Assembly: GCA_052390055.1 (NCBI GenBank)
Contig: JBQTHH010000062.1
Location: forward strand, 310-64,309
DNA length: 64,000 nt
Direction: 5' to 3'
Origin: Rhodoferax sp.
Lineage (GTDB): Bacteria > Pseudomonadota > Gammaproteobacteria > Burkholderiales > Burkholderiaceae_C
Part shown: positions 29,920 through 42,856 of the stretch, piece by piece
How the letters are laid out: the number at the start of each line of letters is the position of its first letter
Position numbering within the stretch: the stretch's first letter is position 1
Translations under genes and position numbers: made by a program
Notes under the pieces: model-generated
The model's input: only the letters and a program-made list of their open reading frames with translations
Databases searched by the model: none
Told to the model about the DNA's origin: nothing

Positions 29920-30941
29920 TGCTGTGGTACGCCCTCAAGCGCCTGGCGCTGATGCTGCCCACCCTGCTGGGGGTGCTGCTGCTGACCTTTGTGGTGATCC
30001 AGTTCGTGCCCGGCGGGCCGGTGGAGCAGTACCTGGCCGAGGCCCGCGCCAGCGCCGGGGGCGATGCCGGGGCGCTGTCTTACCGTGGCGGCCAGGGGGT
30101 GGACCCCAAGCGCCTGGAGCAGGCCAAGGCGCTGTACGGCTTTGACAAGCCCGCGCACGAGCGCTTCTGGCAGATGCTGGGGCAGTTTGCGCGCTTTGAC
30201 CTGGGCAAGAGCTTTTTCCACAACCGCGACGTCGCCAGCCTGGTGTGGGAAAAGCTGCCGGTGTCCATGAGCCTGGGGTTGTGGACCTTTTTCATCAGCT
30301 ACCTGGTGGCCGTGCCCCTGGGCGTGGCCAAGGCGGTGCGTGCGGGCAGCCGCTTTGACCTGGCCAGCACCGTGCTGGTGCTGGTGGGTTACGCCATTCC
30401 TGGCTTTGTGCTGGGGGTGGCGCTGCTGGTGGTGTTTGGCGGGCAGCTGCAGTGGTTTCCCTTGCGCGGGCTCACCTCGGCGAACTGGGAGCAACTGGGC
30501 TGGGGCGCGCGCGTGGTGGACTACCTGTGGCACATCACCCTGCCGGTCACGGCCATGGTGGTGGGCAGTTTTGCCGTCACGGCCATGCTCACCAAGAACG
30601 CCTTTCTGGAAGAGATCCGCAAGCAGTACGTGCTGACCGCGCGCGCCAAGGGCCTGGGCGAGCGCGCCGTGCTGTGGCGCCATGTGATGCGCAACGCCCT
30701 CATTCCCATCGTCACCGGCTTTCCCGCCGCCTTCATCGGGGCCTTCTTCACCGGCGCCTTGCTGATCGAAACCCTGTTCTCGCTCGACGGCCTGGGCCTG
30801 CTGGGCTACGAGAGCGTGATCCGGCGCGACTACCCCGTGGTGATGGGCACGCTGTACCTGTTCACGCTCATCGGCCTGGTGACCAAGCTCATTTCCGACC
30901 TCTGCTATGCCTGGGTGGACCCCCGTGTCACGTTCGATTGA
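29919..30941 (+). CDS. yejB: ABC transporter permease (YejB-like)
   Basis: FVIQFVPGGPVEQ, YGFDKP, TARAKGL, RRDYPVVMG. Confidence 0.9.
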   Translation: MLWYALKRLALMLPTLLGVLLLTFVVIQFVPGGPVEQYLAEARASAGGDAGALSYRGGQGVDPKRLEQAKALYGFDKPAHERFWQMLGQFARFDLGKSFFHNRDVASLVWEKLPVSMSLGLWTFFISYLVAVPLGVAKAVRAGSRFDLASTVLVLVGYAIPGFVLGVALLVVFGGQLQWFPLRGLTSANWEQLGWGARVVDYLWHITLPVTAMVVGSFAVTAMLTKNAFLEEIRKQYVLTARAKGLGERAVLWRHVMRNALIPIVTGFPAAFIGAFFTGALLIETLFSLDGLGLLGYESVIRRDYPVVMGTLYLFTLIGLVTKLISDLCYAWVDPRVTFD

Positions 30942-31995
30942 AACCCCCGCACCCCAGAGCCCGGCGCGCCGGGCCTGGCGCCGTTTCGCCCGCAACCGGC
31001 TCGGGCTGTGGAGCCTGTGGCTGTTCCTGGCCCTGGTGGGGGTGAGCCTGTGCGCCGAGCTGGTGTCCAACGAGCGCCCGCTGGTGGTGCGCTACCAGGG
31101 CCAGTGGTACTGGCCCATGCTGCAGGACCACCCCGAAACCCGCTTTGGCGGTGATTTCGCCACACCCGCCGACTACCTCGACCCCTTCATCCAGCAGCAA
31201 CTGGCACAAGAGGGCAACTGGGCCTTGTTTGCCCCCAACCGCTACGGCCCCAAGACGCTGAATTACTTCGCCCCCAGCCCGAACCCGGCCCCGCCCAGCG
31301 CCGTCAACTGGCTGGGCACCGACGACCGCGGGCGCGACCTGCTGGCGCAGTTGCTCTACGGCTTTCGCGTCAGCGTGCTCTTTGGCCTGGCGCTCACGGC
31401 CACTGGCGTGCTGCTGGGCGTGCTCACCGGGGCGCTGCAGGGCTACTTTGGCGGAAAAACCGATTTGCTGGCCCAGCGCCTGATTGAAGTCTGGGCGTCC
31501 ATGCCCGAGTTGTACCTGCTCATCATCTTCTCGGCCCTGTTCGCTCCCAGCGTGGCGCTGCTGCTGGTGCTGTTGAGCCTGTTTGGCTGGATGGGGCTGG
31601 GCGACTACGTGCGCGCCGAATTCCTGCGCAACCGGCAGATGGACTACGTGCGCGCGGCGCGCGCGCTGGGCGTGTCGCACTGGCGCATCATCACCCGCCA
31701 CCTGCTGCCCAACAGCCTCACGCCCGTGGTCACCTTTTTGCCTTTTCGCATGAGCGGCGCCATTCTGGCGCTGACCTCGCTGGACTTTCTGGGCCTGGGG
31801 GTGCCGCCGGGCACGCCCTCGCTGGGTGAGCTGCTGTCGCAGGGCAAGGCCAATATCGACGCCTGGTGGATTTCGCTGTCCACCTTTTTTGTGCTGAGCC
31901 TCACGCTGTTGCTGCTCACCCTGATGGGCGACGCGCTGCGCGATGCGCTCGACCCGCGCAAGGCCATGGAAGGGGGGGCGAGCGATGGCTCCTGA
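30925..31995 (+). CDS. yejE: ABC transporter permease (YejE-like)
   Basis: AELVSNERPL, WLGTDDRGRDL, RAEFLRNR, PSLGELL; GTG start assumed. Confidence 0.88.
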   Translation: MSRSIETPAPQSPARRAWRRFARNRLGLWSLWLFLALVGVSLCAELVSNERPLVVRYQGQWYWPMLQDHPETRFGGDFATPADYLDPFIQQQLAQEGNWALFAPNRYGPKTLNYFAPSPNPAPPSAVNWLGTDDRGRDLLAQLLYGFRVSVLFGLALTATGVLLGVLTGALQGYFGGKTDLLAQRLIEVWASMPELYLLIIFSALFAPSVALLLVLLSLFGWMGLGDYVRAEFLRNRQMDYVRAARALGVSHWRIITRHLLPNSLTPVVTFLPFRMSGAILALTSLDFLGLGVPPGTPSLGELLSQGKANIDAWWISLSTFFVLSLTLLLLTLMGDALRDALDPRKAMEGGASDGS

Positions 31996-33601
31996 TGCTC
32001 CAGGCACGGCCCCCCTGCTGCAGGTGCAGGGCCTGCGGGTCGCCTTTGGCGGGCACGAGGTGGTGGCGGGCGTGGATTTCGCCGTGCAACCGGGCGAGCG
32101 CGTGGCCTTGGTGGGCGAGTCCGGCAGCGGCAAGTCCATCACCGCGCTGAGCCTGCTGGGCCTGCATGGCGAGGCACGTGTGGGCGGCAGCGTGCGCTGG
32201 GCGCCCGACGGCGCGGCACCGCGCGAGCTGCTGGGCCAAAGCCCGCGCCAGTGGCAGGCCCTGCGCGGGCAGGACATTGCCATGGTGTTCCAGGAGCCCA
32301 TGACGGCCCTCAATCCGGTTTTCACCATTGGCCGCCAGATTGCCGAGATATTGGAGCTAAAACAGGCATTGGCCCGCGTGGATGCTTACCAGCGTGCTAT
32401 TGAATTGCTAGCAGAAACAGGCATCCCAGAGCCCGAACGGCGCATCCATGCCTACCCGCACCAGCTCTCCGGCGGGCAGCGCCAGCGCGCCATGATCGCC
32501 ATGGCGCTGGCCTGCCGCCCGCGCCTGCTGCTGGCCGACGAGCCCACCACGGCGTTGGACGCGGGCCTGCGCCTGCAGATTCTGGAGCTGCTGCAGCGCC
32601 TGCAGCAGCAGCATGGCATGGCGGTGCTGCTCATCAGCCACGACCTGCCGCTGGTGCGCCGCTTTGCCCAGCGGGTGCTGGTAATGGACCATGGCGTGCT
32701 GGTGGAGTCCGGTCCCACCGATCAAGTGCTGCGCGCGCCCCGCCACCCGGTCACCCAGGCGTTGGTGCATTCGGCCCCGCAGCGCCAGGTGGTCCCTGCC
32801 GCGCCCCAGGCCCCGCTGGCCCTGGGCCTGCAGGGGCTGAAGGTGTCCTACCCCGTGCCGCGCCCGGGCTGGCGGGGCTGGTTTCGCAAAGGCGCCTTCA
32901 TGGCTGTGCAGGGCGCGCACCTGGCCTTGCGCCAGGGGCAGACGCTGGGCCTGGTGGGCGAATCCGGCAGCGGCAAGTCCACCGTGGCGCTGGCGGCGCT
33001 GCGCCTGCTCCCCTGCGAGGGGACGGTGCGGGTGGGTGCGCAGGACTGGCCCGCCAAGGGGCCCGACCTGGCCTTGCGCCGACAGGTGGGGGTGGTGTTC
33101 CAGGATCCGTTTTCTTCCCTGTCGCCGCGCATGACCGTGGGCCAGATCGTGGGCGAGGGCCTGGAGGTGCACGAACCGCAGCTGGGTGCCAACGAGCGCC
33201 GCCAGCGCGTGGCGCAGCAGTTGGAGCGTGTGGGCATGGGCCCGAGCCAGGTGGCCGGGGTGCTGGAGCGCTATCCGCACGAGTTCTCCGGCGGGCAGCG
33301 CCAGCGCATCGCCCTGGCGCGCGCCCTGGTGCTGCAGCCCCGCGTGCTGGTGCTGGACGAGCCCACCAGCGCGCTGGACGCCACCACGGCGCAGCAGGTG
33401 ATCGCCTTGCTGCAGCAACTGCAGCGCGAGCACGCCCTGAGCTACCTGCTCATCACCCACGACGTGGCCGTGGTGGGCGCCATGGCCCACGAGGTGGCGG
33501 TGATGCATGCGGGCGAGGTGGTGGAGCAGGGGCCCTGGGAGGCGGTTTTTGCGCAGCCCAGCCACCCCTACACGCGCGAACTGCTGACGGCGGCGCATTG
33601 A
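31985..33601 (+). CDS. yejF: ABC transporter ATP-binding protein with two NBDs (YejF-like)
   Basis: Two GESGSGKS, two LSGG/FSGG signatures, DEPT Walker B twice. Confidence 0.92.
   Translation: MAPDAPGTAPLLQVQGLRVAFGGHEVVAGVDFAVQPGERVALVGESGSGKSITALSLLGLHGEARVGGSVRWAPDGAAPRELLGQSPRQWQALRGQDIAMVFQEPMTALNPVFTIGRQIAEILELKQALARVDAYQRAIELLAETGIPEPERRIHAYPHQLSGGQRQRAMIAMALACRPRLLLADEPTTALDAGLRLQILELLQRLQQQHGMAVLLISHDLPLVRRFAQRVLVMDHGVLVESGPTDQVLRAPRHPVTQALVHSAPQRQVVPAAPQAPLALGLQGLKVSYPVPRPGWRGWFRKGAFMAVQGAHLALRQGQTLGLVGESGSGKSTVALAALRLLPCEGTVRVGAQDWPAKGPDLALRRQVGVVFQDPFSSLSPRMTVGQIVGEGLEVHEPQLGANERRQRVAQQLERVGMGPSQVAGVLERYPHEFSGGQRQRIALARALVLQPRVLVLDEPTSALDATTAQQVIALLQQLQREHALSYLLITHDVAVVGAMAHEVAVMHAGEVVEQGPWEAVFAQPSHPYTRELLTAAH
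32365..32413 (-). repeat. Dispersed 49-nt element, copy C, antisense inside the ABC ATPase gene
   Basis: Minus strand TGCTAG CAATTCA ATAGC ACGCTGGTAAGCATC CACGCGGGCCAATGCC. Confidence 0.75.
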
Positions 33602-33694
33602 AACGGCTTTCAAAGCCCTGTTTTCCGCGCCCAACCCTCTGAAAACCACGCTCTTTTTGTAAAAAACCGCTACAATCGCTGGCTTCACGACCAG

Positions 33695-33724
33695 ACGGGC
33701 GGGTAATTACCGCCCGTTTTTTTT
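33695..33724 (+). terminator. Terminator-like hairpin in the rimP-nusA-infB leader
   Basis: ACGGGCGG-GTAATTA-CCGCCCGT plus T run, downstream of TACAAT (-10-like, 33671-33676). Confidence 0.7.
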
Positions 33725-33751
33725 GGTCAATCCGGTGGCGTGGAGGGCACA

Positions 33752-34318
33752 TTGGCACTGCAAGAGGTGATTGAACAGACGGTACGCGGGCTGGGGTTGG
33801 ACCTGGTGGAGGTCAGCCGTTCCGCGGGGGGCTTGCTGCGCGTCACCATCGACCAGCCATGGACGCCGGGCCAGACTGCCGGGGCGGTCACGGTGGAAGA
33901 TTGCGAGTCGGTCACGCGGCAGTTGCAGTTTGCCCTGGAGGTCGAGGGCACGGACTACCACCGCCTGGAGGTTTCCTCTCCGGGCATCGACCGGCTGTTG
34001 CGCCATGCGCAGGATTTCGAGCGTTTTGTCGGTGAGGTGATCGACATCACCCTCAAGGAGCCCATGGGGGCCGCGGCGCAGGGCCAGGTCAGCGCCAACC
34101 GCAAGAAATTTCGCGGCACGCTGGAGCGCTCCGAGCCGGGCGCTGACGGTGTGCAGCACTGGCAGATCGTCTGGAGCGATGCGCCCGCGCCCAAGCCGGG
34201 CGTGCGCGTGAGCAAGAAGCGCGAACCGCAGCCCATGCAGGTGCTGGGCTTCGAGTTGGACGAATTGCGCGAGGCGCGCTTGGCGCCTTTGGTCAATTTC
34301 AAGGGGCGGGGCGCATAG
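33752..34318 (+). CDS. rimP: Ribosome maturation factor RimP
   Basis: LLRVTID, VTVEDC, LEVSSPGIDR; TTG start after GGAGG. Confidence 0.93.
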   Translation: MALQEVIEQTVRGLGLDLVEVSRSAGGLLRVTIDQPWTPGQTAGAVTVEDCESVTRQLQFALEVEGTDYHRLEVSSPGIDRLLRHAQDFERFVGEVIDITLKEPMGAAAQGQVSANRKKFRGTLERSEPGADGVQHWQIVWSDAPAPKPGVRVSKKREPQPMQVLGFELDELREARLAPLVNFKGRGA

Positions 34319-34403
34319 CCCTGCGAGGTGGGAGGGGGTGCGCCGTGCGTGCGTATCCCGCCAATGACAAGGTTTGACGAGTGAATTGCAGGAGATTGAG
34401 GGC

Positions 34404-35891
34404 ATGAATCGCGAATTGCTGATGCTGGCGGAAGCCATTTCCCGTGAGAAGAACGTGGAGCTTGATGTGGTCATGGGTGCGGTCGAGGCGGCCCTGGCCC
34501 AGGCGACCAAGAAGCTGTACGAGGGCGATGTGGACATCCGCGTCAGCCTCAACCGCGACACCGGCGAGTACGAAACCTTCCGCCGCTGGCACGTGGTGCC
34601 CGATGAGGCTGGTCTGCAGTTGCCCGACCAGGAAATCCTGCTGTTCGAAGCCCGCGAGCAGATCGCCGACATCGAGGTGGACGAGTACATCGAAGAGCCC
34701 GTGCCTTCCGTGCCCATCGGCCGCATCGGCGCCATGGCGGCCAAGCAGGTCATTTTGCAAAAGATTCGCGATGCCGAGCGCGAGATGCTGCTCAACGACT
34801 TCATGTCGCGCGGCGAAAAAATCTTCGTCGGCACCGTCAAGCGCATGGACAAGGGCGACGTGATTGTGGAGAGCGGCCGTGTCGAAGGCCGCCTGCGCCG
34901 CTCGGAAATGATTCCGAAGGAAAACCTGCGCTCCGGCGACCGCGTGCGCGCCATGATCATGGAAGTGGACCTGACCCTGCGCGGCGCGCCCATTTTGCTG
35001 TCGCGTGCCGCACCGGCCTTCATGATCGAACTCTTCCGCCAGGAAGTGCCCGAGATCGAGCAGGGCCTGCTGGAGATCAAGAGCTGCGCCCGCGACCCCG
35101 GCAGCCGCGCGAAGATCGCCGTGCTCTCGCACGACAAGCGCGTCGACCCCATCGGCACCTGCGTGGGCGTGCGCGGCAGCCGCGTCAATGCCGTCACCAA
35201 CGAGCTGGCCGGTGAGCGCGTGGACATCGTGCTGTGGAGCGAAGACCCGGCGCAGTTCGTGATTGGCGCCCTGGCCCCGGCCAACGTCAGCAGCATCGTG
35301 GTGGACGAAGAGCGCCACGCCATGGACGTGGTGGTGGACGAGGAAAACCTGGCCATTGCCATCGGGCGGGGCGGGCAGAACGTGCGCCTGGCGTCTGAGC
35401 TGACGGGCTGGAAGATCAACATCATGGACGCTGCCGAGTCCGCCGCCAAGCAGGATTCCGAGACCGGCGTCACCCGCACCCTGTTCATGGAAAAGCTCGA
35501 TGTGGACGAGGAAATCGCCGAGCTGCTGATCGCCGAAGGCTTTGCCAGCCTGGAGCAGGTGGCCTACGTCCCGCTGGAGGAAATGCTCGACATCGAGTCC
35601 CTGGACGAGGAAACCGTGATGGAGCTGCGTTCGCGTGCCAAGAACGCCTTGCTGACACTGGAGATCGCCCACGAGGAAAACGTCGAAACCGTGGCCCTGG
35701 CCCTGCGGGACCTGCCCGGCATGACCCCGGAAGTCGTGGCCAAGCTGGCCGATGCGGGCATCCATACCCGCGACGACCTGGCCGATCTGGCGGTGGACGA
35801 ACTGACCGACATCACCGGGCAAAGCGCCGACGAGGCCAAGGCGCTGATTCTGAAAGCCCGCGAACACTGGTTTGCTGGCGACGCCACCTGA
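34404..35891 (+). CDS. nusA: Transcription factor NusA
   Basis: [37 protein letters not shown]. Confidence 0.98.
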   Translation: MNRELLMLAEAISREKNVELDVVMGAVEAALAQATKKLYEGDVDIRVSLNRDTGEYETFRRWHVVPDEAGLQLPDQEILLFEAREQIADIEVDEYIEEPVPSVPIGRIGAMAAKQVILQKIRDAEREMLLNDFMSRGEKIFVGTVKRMDKGDVIVESGRVEGRLRRSEMIPKENLRSGDRVRAMIMEVDLTLRGAPILLSRAAPAFMIELFRQEVPEIEQGLLEIKSCARDPGSRAKIAVLSHDKRVDPIGTCVGVRGSRVNAVTNELAGERVDIVLWSEDPAQFVIGALAPANVSSIVVDEERHAMDVVVDEENLAIAIGRGGQNVRLASELTGWKINIMDAAESAAKQDSETGVTRTLFMEKLDVDEEIAELLIAEGFASLEQVAYVPLEEMLDIESLDEETVMELRSRAKNALLTLEIAHEENVETVALALRDLPGMTPEVVAKLADAGIHTRDDLADLAVDELTDITGQSADEAKALILKAREHWFAGDAT

Positions 35892-35987
35892 TACCAGGGC
35901 CTGTGACCATGACTTCCTAGGTTTTTTTCGCGTTCACCCGGTGCCGCCAAGGCCGCGCCGGGACGCACAAAGAGGTTTCGAATCGAT

Positions 35988-38948
35988 ATGTCTAGTACCA
36001 CCGTTGCAGAGTTCGCCGTAGAACTCAAGAAATCCACCGACACCCTGCTGGAGCAATTGCGTTCGGCCGGAGTGCCCAAGTCCGCAGCGTCCGATGTCCT
36101 GACCGACGCGGACAAGCACAGCCTGCTGGGCTTTCTCAAGAGCAGCCACGGTACCGAAACCAGCGAACGCAAGAAGATCACCCTGGTGAAGCGCCAGACC
36201 ACTGAGATCAAGCAGGCCGACGCCACGGGCAAGGCCCGCACGATCCAGGTCGAGGTGCGCAAGAAGCGCACCTTCGTGCGCCGCGATGATGCCGACGCCG
36301 GTGCGCCGGAGGCACCCGGCGCACGCCCGGCCGCGGCCTCGGCTGTGGTCGATCAGGCCGAACTGCAGCGCCGCGAGGACGAAGCCCGCCGCCAGGCCGA
36401 ACTGATCCGCCGCCAGGAGGAAGAGTTGGCCCAGCGCCGCCGCGAGCGCGAGGAGCAGGAAGCCCGCGACCGCGAGGCCCAGGAGCGCCAGGAAGCCGCA
36501 GCCCGGGCCGAACGTGAGGAACAGGCACGCCAGGCCGCCCTGGAGCGCGAGCGCGAGCAGGCCGCCGCCCAGCAGGCCGCCGCCAGCCAGACCCCCAAGA
36601 CCTCCGCGCAGGACGAGCGCGAGGCTGCGCAGGCACAGCAGGCCGCCGCGGCCAAGGCCGTGGCGGAGAAAGCCGCCGCAGACAAGGCTGCTGCCGAGAA
36701 GGCGGCCGCTGAAAAGGCCCTGGCCGAGTCCAAGGCGCGCGCCGCCGAAGAAGCCGCCCGTGCCGCCGAACTGGCCGAGCGCCGCCGCAAGGCCGAGGCC
36801 GAGGCCGCGGCCATCCGCGCCATGATGTCCGGCCCGGCCAAGAAGGTGGCTCCCCCGCCACCCAAGAAGGTGGAAGAACCCAAGCAGGAAGCCAAGAAGG
36901 GCACCCTGCACAAGCCCGCCGCCCCTGCAGGGGCCGGCGCAGCCAAGCCAGCGAAGAATTTCGGAGAAGACGCCGCACCCAGTGCAGGCGCTGGCAAGGA
37001 GGTCAAGTCCTCCAAGCTCTCCAGCAGTTGGGCTGGTGAGCCCGCCAAGAAAAAAGGCATTCCCACACGAGGTGGGGCCGACGGCGGTGGTGCCGGACGG
37101 GGCAACTGGCGCGCCGGTGGCCCCAAGGGCAAGAAGCACGGCGAGCGTGATGACCATGGCGGCCGTGGCGCCATGCAGGCGCCGGAAGCCCGCGTGCTGG
37201 AAGTGCACGTGCCCGAAACCATCACCGTCTCCGAGCTGGCGCACAAGATGGCCATCAAGGCCTCCGAGGTCATCAAGCAGCTGATGAAGCTGGGTCAGAT
37301 GGTCACCATCAACCAGTCGCTGGACCAGGACACCGCCATGATCGTGGTGGAAGAGCTGGGCCACAAGGCGGTGGTGGCAGCGCTGGACGACCCGGAAGCC
37401 TTCACCGAAGAGGAGGCCGCTGGCCACCAGGCCGAGGCCAAGCCGCGTGCGCCGGTGGTCACCGTCATGGGCCACGTGGACCACGGCAAGACCTCGCTGC
37501 TGGACTACATCCGCCGCACCAAGGTGGCGGCGGGCGAAGCCGGCGGCATTACCCAGCACATCGGCGCCTACCACGTGGATACGCCGCGCGGCACCGTCAC
37601 TTTCCTGGATACCCCCGGCCACGAGGCCTTCACCGCCATGCGTGCGCGTGGTGCCAAGGCCACCGACATCGTCATCCTGGTGTGCGCTGCGGACGACGGC
37701 GTCATGCCCCAGACCAAGGAAGCCGTCAAGCACGCCAAGGCGGCGGGTGTGCCCATGGTGGTGGCCATGACCAAGGCCGACAAACCCGATGCGAACATCG
37801 AGCGCGTCAAGTCCGAACTGGTGGCCGAGGAAGTGGTGCCCGAGGAATTCGGCGGTGACTCGCCCTTTGTGGCGGTGTCGTCCAAGACCGGCATGGGCAT
37901 CGATTCCCTGCTGGAGCAGGTGCTGCTGCAGGCCGAAGTGCTGGAACTCAAGGCCCCGGTGGACGCCTTGGCCAAGGGTCTGGTGATCGAGGCCAAGCTC
38001 GACAAGGGCCGTGGCCCGGTGGCCACGGTGCTGGTGCAGTCCGGCACGCTCAAGACCGGCGACGTGGTGCTGGCCGGCCAGACCTATGGCCGCGTGCGCG
38101 CCATGCTCGACGAGAGCGGGAGCAAGGTCGAGGAAGCAGGCCCCTCGATTCCGGTCGAGATCCAGGGCCTGACCGAAGTGCCGCAGGCTGGCGACGACTT
38201 CATGGTCATGGCCGACGAGCGCCGTGCCCGCGAAATCTCCACCTACCGCGCGGGCAAGTTCCGCAACACCAAGCTGGCCAAGCAGCAGGCCGCCAAGCTG
38301 GAGAACATGTTCTCCGAAATGGCGGCGGGCGACGTCAAGACCCTGCCCATCATCATCAAGGCCGACGTGCAGGGTTCGCAGGAGGCCTTGGCCTCTTCGC
38401 TGCTCAAGCTCTCCACCGACGAGGTCAAGGTGCAGATGGTGTACGCCGCCGTGGGCGGCATCAGCGAGTCCGACGTCAACCTGGCGATCGCCTCCAAGGC
38501 CGTCATCATCGGCTTCAACACCCGTGCCGATGCCGGTGCGCGCAAGCTCGCCGAGACCAACGGCGTGGACATCCGCTACTACGACATCATCTATGACGCT
38601 GTGGACGACCTCAAGGCCGCCATGTCGGGCATGCTCACCCCGGACAAGAAGGAAGAGGTCATTGGCACCGCCGAGATCCGCCAGGTGTTCAAGGTCTCCA
38701 AGATCGGCTCCATCGGGGGCTGCATGGTCACCTCGGGCGTGGTGCGGCGCAGCGCGCGCGTTCGCCTGCTGCGCAACCACACGGTCATCTACACCGGCGA
38801 ACTCGATTCGCTCAAGCGCTTCAAGGACGACGCCAAGGAAGTGCGCGAGGGCTTCGAGTGCGGCCTGAACATCAAGAACTACAACGACATCATCGTGGGC
38901 GATACGCTGGAGTTCTTTGAAATCCGCGAAGTCGCGCGTACGTTGTAA
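35988..38948 (+). CDS. infB: Translation initiation factor IF-2
   Basis: [32 protein letters not shown]. Confidence 0.99.
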   Translation: MSSTTVAEFAVELKKSTDTLLEQLRSAGVPKSAASDVLTDADKHSLLGFLKSSHGTETSERKKITLVKRQTTEIKQADATGKARTIQVEVRKKRTFVRRDDADAGAPEAPGARPAAASAVVDQAELQRREDEARRQAELIRRQEEELAQRRREREEQEARDREAQERQEAAARAEREEQARQAALEREREQAAAQQAAASQTPKTSAQDEREAAQAQQAAAAKAVAEKAAADKAAAEKAAAEKALAESKARAAEEAARAAELAERRRKAEAEAAAIRAMMSGPAKKVAPPPPKKVEEPKQEAKKGTLHKPAAPAGAGAAKPAKNFGEDAAPSAGAGKEVKSSKLSSSWAGEPAKKKGIPTRGGADGGGAGRGNWRAGGPKGKKHGERDDHGGRGAMQAPEARVLEVHVPETITVSELAHKMAIKASEVIKQLMKLGQMVTINQSLDQDTAMIVVEELGHKAVVAALDDPEAFTEEEAAGHQAEAKPRAPVVTVMGHVDHGKTSLLDYIRRTKVAAGEAGGITQHIGAYHVDTPRGTVTFLDTPGHEAFTAMRARGAKATDIVILVCAADDGVMPQTKEAVKHAKAAGVPMVVAMTKADKPDANIERVKSELVAEEVVPEEFGGDSPFVAVSSKTGMGIDSLLEQVLLQAEVLELKAPVDALAKGLVIEAKLDKGRGPVATVLVQSGTLKTGDVVLAGQTYGRVRAMLDESGSKVEEAGPSIPVEIQGLTEVPQAGDDFMVMADERRAREISTYRAGKFRNTKLAKQQAAKLENMFSEMAAGDVKTLPIIIKADVQGSQEALASSLLKLSTDEVKVQMVYAAVGGISESDVNLAIASKAVIIGFNTRADAGARKLAETNGVDIRYYDIIYDAVDDLKAAMSGMLTPDKKEEVIGTAEIRQVFKVSKIGSIGGCMVTSGVVRRSARVRLLRNHTVIYTGELDSLKRFKDDAKEVREGFECGLNIKNYNDIIVGDTLEFFEIREVARTL

Positions 38949-38957
38949 GGACTGGGC

Positions 38958-39665
38958 ATGGGAGAGCAAGGCATGCAGTGGCTGGCAAAGGCATGGCGTG
39001 AGCACCGGGGCTTTTTGTGCCTGATGGGGCTCATGATGGTGTTCCGCTCCGCCGTGGCGGACTGGAACTACGTGCCTTCGTCTTCCATGAATCCGACGCT
39101 GGTGGCGGGTGACCGGGTGCTGGTCGACAAGCTCGCCTACCGCTTGCGCGTGCCCTTCACGTTGACCACCGTGCACGCCTGGGGCAGCCCGGCGCGCGGC
39201 GATGTCATCACCTTCGATTCGCCGCGCGACGACACCAATCTGATCAAGCGGGTGGTGGCGCTGGCTGGCGATGAAGTCGCCATGCGCGACAACCAGCTCT
39301 TCATCAACGGCGAGGCGGTGCCGCGCCAACTGGTGCAGGAGCAAAGCCAACTGGTCACGGAATCCGGCCCCTTGCAGGCACAACTCTGGCGCGAAACGCT
39401 CGACGGCCGCGACTACGGCGTAGCCCGTCTGCCGCTGTACAACCGCCATACGGGGTTTGACCCGGTGCAGGTGCCTGCGGGGCACGTGCTGGTGCTGGGC
39501 GACAGCCGCGACAACAGCGCGGACTCGCGCTTTATTGGTTTCATTGATGTGGAACGCATCACCGGGCGTGCGCGGCGCGTGGTGTTCTCGCACGACCCCG
39601 ATGCGCTGTACCTGCCGCGCCTGTCGCGCGGCTGGCTGCCGCTGGACGTGGACCACAAGGGGTGA
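38958..39665 (+). CDS. Signal peptidase I (S26 family), probably a second copy
   Basis: [10 protein letters not shown] (Ser), LIKRVVA (Lys), [12 protein letters not shown]; one N-terminal TM. Confidence 0.9.
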   Translation: MGEQGMQWLAKAWREHRGFLCLMGLMMVFRSAVADWNYVPSSSMNPTLVAGDRVLVDKLAYRLRVPFTLTTVHAWGSPARGDVITFDSPRDDTNLIKRVVALAGDEVAMRDNQLFINGEAVPRQLVQEQSQLVTESGPLQAQLWRETLDGRDYGVARLPLYNRHTGFDPVQVPAGHVLVLGDSRDNSADSRFIGFIDVERITGRARRVVFSHDPDALYLPRLSRGWLPLDVDHKG

Positions 39666-39670
39666 GCAGC

Positions 39671-40039
39671 ATGCGCAAGAAGTCTTCCACCCCCAACCGC
39701 AGCTTCCGCGTCGCCGACCAGATCCAGCGCGATCTGACGGAATTGATCGCACGTGAGCTGAAAGACCCGCGTGTGGGCATGGTCACGCTGCAGGCGGTCG
39801 AGGTCACGCCCGACTACGCCCATGCCAAGGTGTTTTTCAGCCTGCTCACGGGCGACCCGCAGGAGACCGCCGAGGCCCTGAACCAGGCCGCGGGTTTCCT
39901 ACGCAACGGCCTTTTCAAGCGCCTGCACATCCACACCGTGCCCACCTTGCACTTCGTGTTCGACCAGACGCCCGAGCGCGCCGCCGACATGAATGCCCTC
40001 ATTGCGCGTGCCGTCGCCTCGCGCGCAAAAGACGACTGA
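39671..40039 (+). CDS. rbfA: Ribosome-binding factor A
   Basis: [26 protein letters not shown]. Confidence 0.96.
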   Translation: MRKKSSTPNRSFRVADQIQRDLTELIARELKDPRVGMVTLQAVEVTPDYAHAKVFFSLLTGDPQETAEALNQAAGFLRNGLFKRLHIHTVPTLHFVFDQTPERAADMNALIARAVASRAKDD

Positions 40040-40042
40040 GCC

Positions 40043-41008
40043 ATGAACCAAGCGCCGCGTGCACGGGTTGCCAGGCGCCCCGTGCATGGGGTGCTGCTGC
40101 TGGACAAGCCTCTGGGGTTTTCCAGCAACCAGGCTTTGCAAAAGGCCAAGTGGCTGTTGCGCGCCGAAAAAGCCGGCCACACCGGCACGCTCGACCCGCT
40201 GGCCACCGGGGTGCTGCCCCTGTGCTTTGGGGCCGCCACCAAGTTCAGCCAGTTGCACCTGGACGCCGACAAGGCCTATGAGACCACGGTGCGCTTAGGC
40301 GTTACCACCAGTACGGCGGATGCCGAAGGCGAGGTGCTGCAGCAGCGCCCGGTGGCCTGCAGTGTGGGCCAGGTGGTGGAGGTGCTGGATGACTTTACCG
40401 GCCCCATCGAACAGATTCCGCCCATGCACAGCGCCCTCAAGAAGGACGGCAAGGCGCTCTACGAGTACGCGCGCGCGGGCCAGGAAGTGGAGCGTGCGCC
40501 GCGTTCGGTCGTGATCCACGACCTGGAGTTGCTGGAGATGCAGTTGCAGGCTCCGGAGCCCTTTTTGCGCCTGAGGGTGGTGTGCAGCAAGGGCACCTAC
40601 ATCCGCACCCTGGGCGAGGACATCGGCAATGCGCTGGGCTGTGGCGGCCACCTGGTGGCGCTGCGCCGCATTGCCACCGGGCCGTTTGGGGCTGCGCAGA
40701 CGCTCACGCTGCAAGCCCTGGAGGCCATGAATGAAGACCAACGCCTGGCGGCCCTGCTGCCGGTGCAGACACTGCTGGTAGGTCACGAGAAAGTCGTACT
40801 CGACCAGGACAATGCGGGCCGGTTCCTGAGCGGCATGCGCCGCCGAGGCGCCTGGGCCGATTGTGCCCATGCCATGGTGTTCGGGCAGCAGCCCGAGGCC
40901 CTGCTGGGAACCGCCCACATCCAGCGCGGAGAACTGATCCCGACGCGCTTGCTCAGCCCGGCGGAAATTGCCGAAACCCTCGCGCAGCAAGCGCGCGCCC
41001 CCCATTGA
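40043..41008 (+). CDS. truB: tRNA pseudouridine(55) synthase
   Basis: [32 protein letters not shown]. Confidence 0.97.
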   Translation: MNQAPRARVARRPVHGVLLLDKPLGFSSNQALQKAKWLLRAEKAGHTGTLDPLATGVLPLCFGAATKFSQLHLDADKAYETTVRLGVTTSTADAEGEVLQQRPVACSVGQVVEVLDDFTGPIEQIPPMHSALKKDGKALYEYARAGQEVERAPRSVVIHDLELLEMQLQAPEPFLRLRVVCSKGTYIRTLGEDIGNALGCGGHLVALRRIATGPFGAAQTLTLQALEAMNEDQRLAALLPVQTLLVGHEKVVLDQDNAGRFLSGMRRRGAWADCAHAMVFGQQPEALLGTAHIQRGELIPTRLLSPAEIAETLAQQARAPH

Positions 41009-41020
41009 AACGAGGAAACC

Positions 41021-42855
<1,835 letters not shown>

Positions 42856-42856
<1 letters not shown>

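Noticed and set aside
36280-37140. Ala/Glu/Arg/Lys low-complexity repeats in infB
   Set aside because: Normal variable N-terminal region of proteobacterial IF-2.
35934-39752. 1272-aa minus-strand ORF (also 457-2487, 40295-42823, 48214-50355, 50976-52787 and similar)
   Set aside because: Shadows of well-supported genes on the opposite strand, with no family motifs; only 48214-48723 of the 48214-50355 ORF is kept as a gene.
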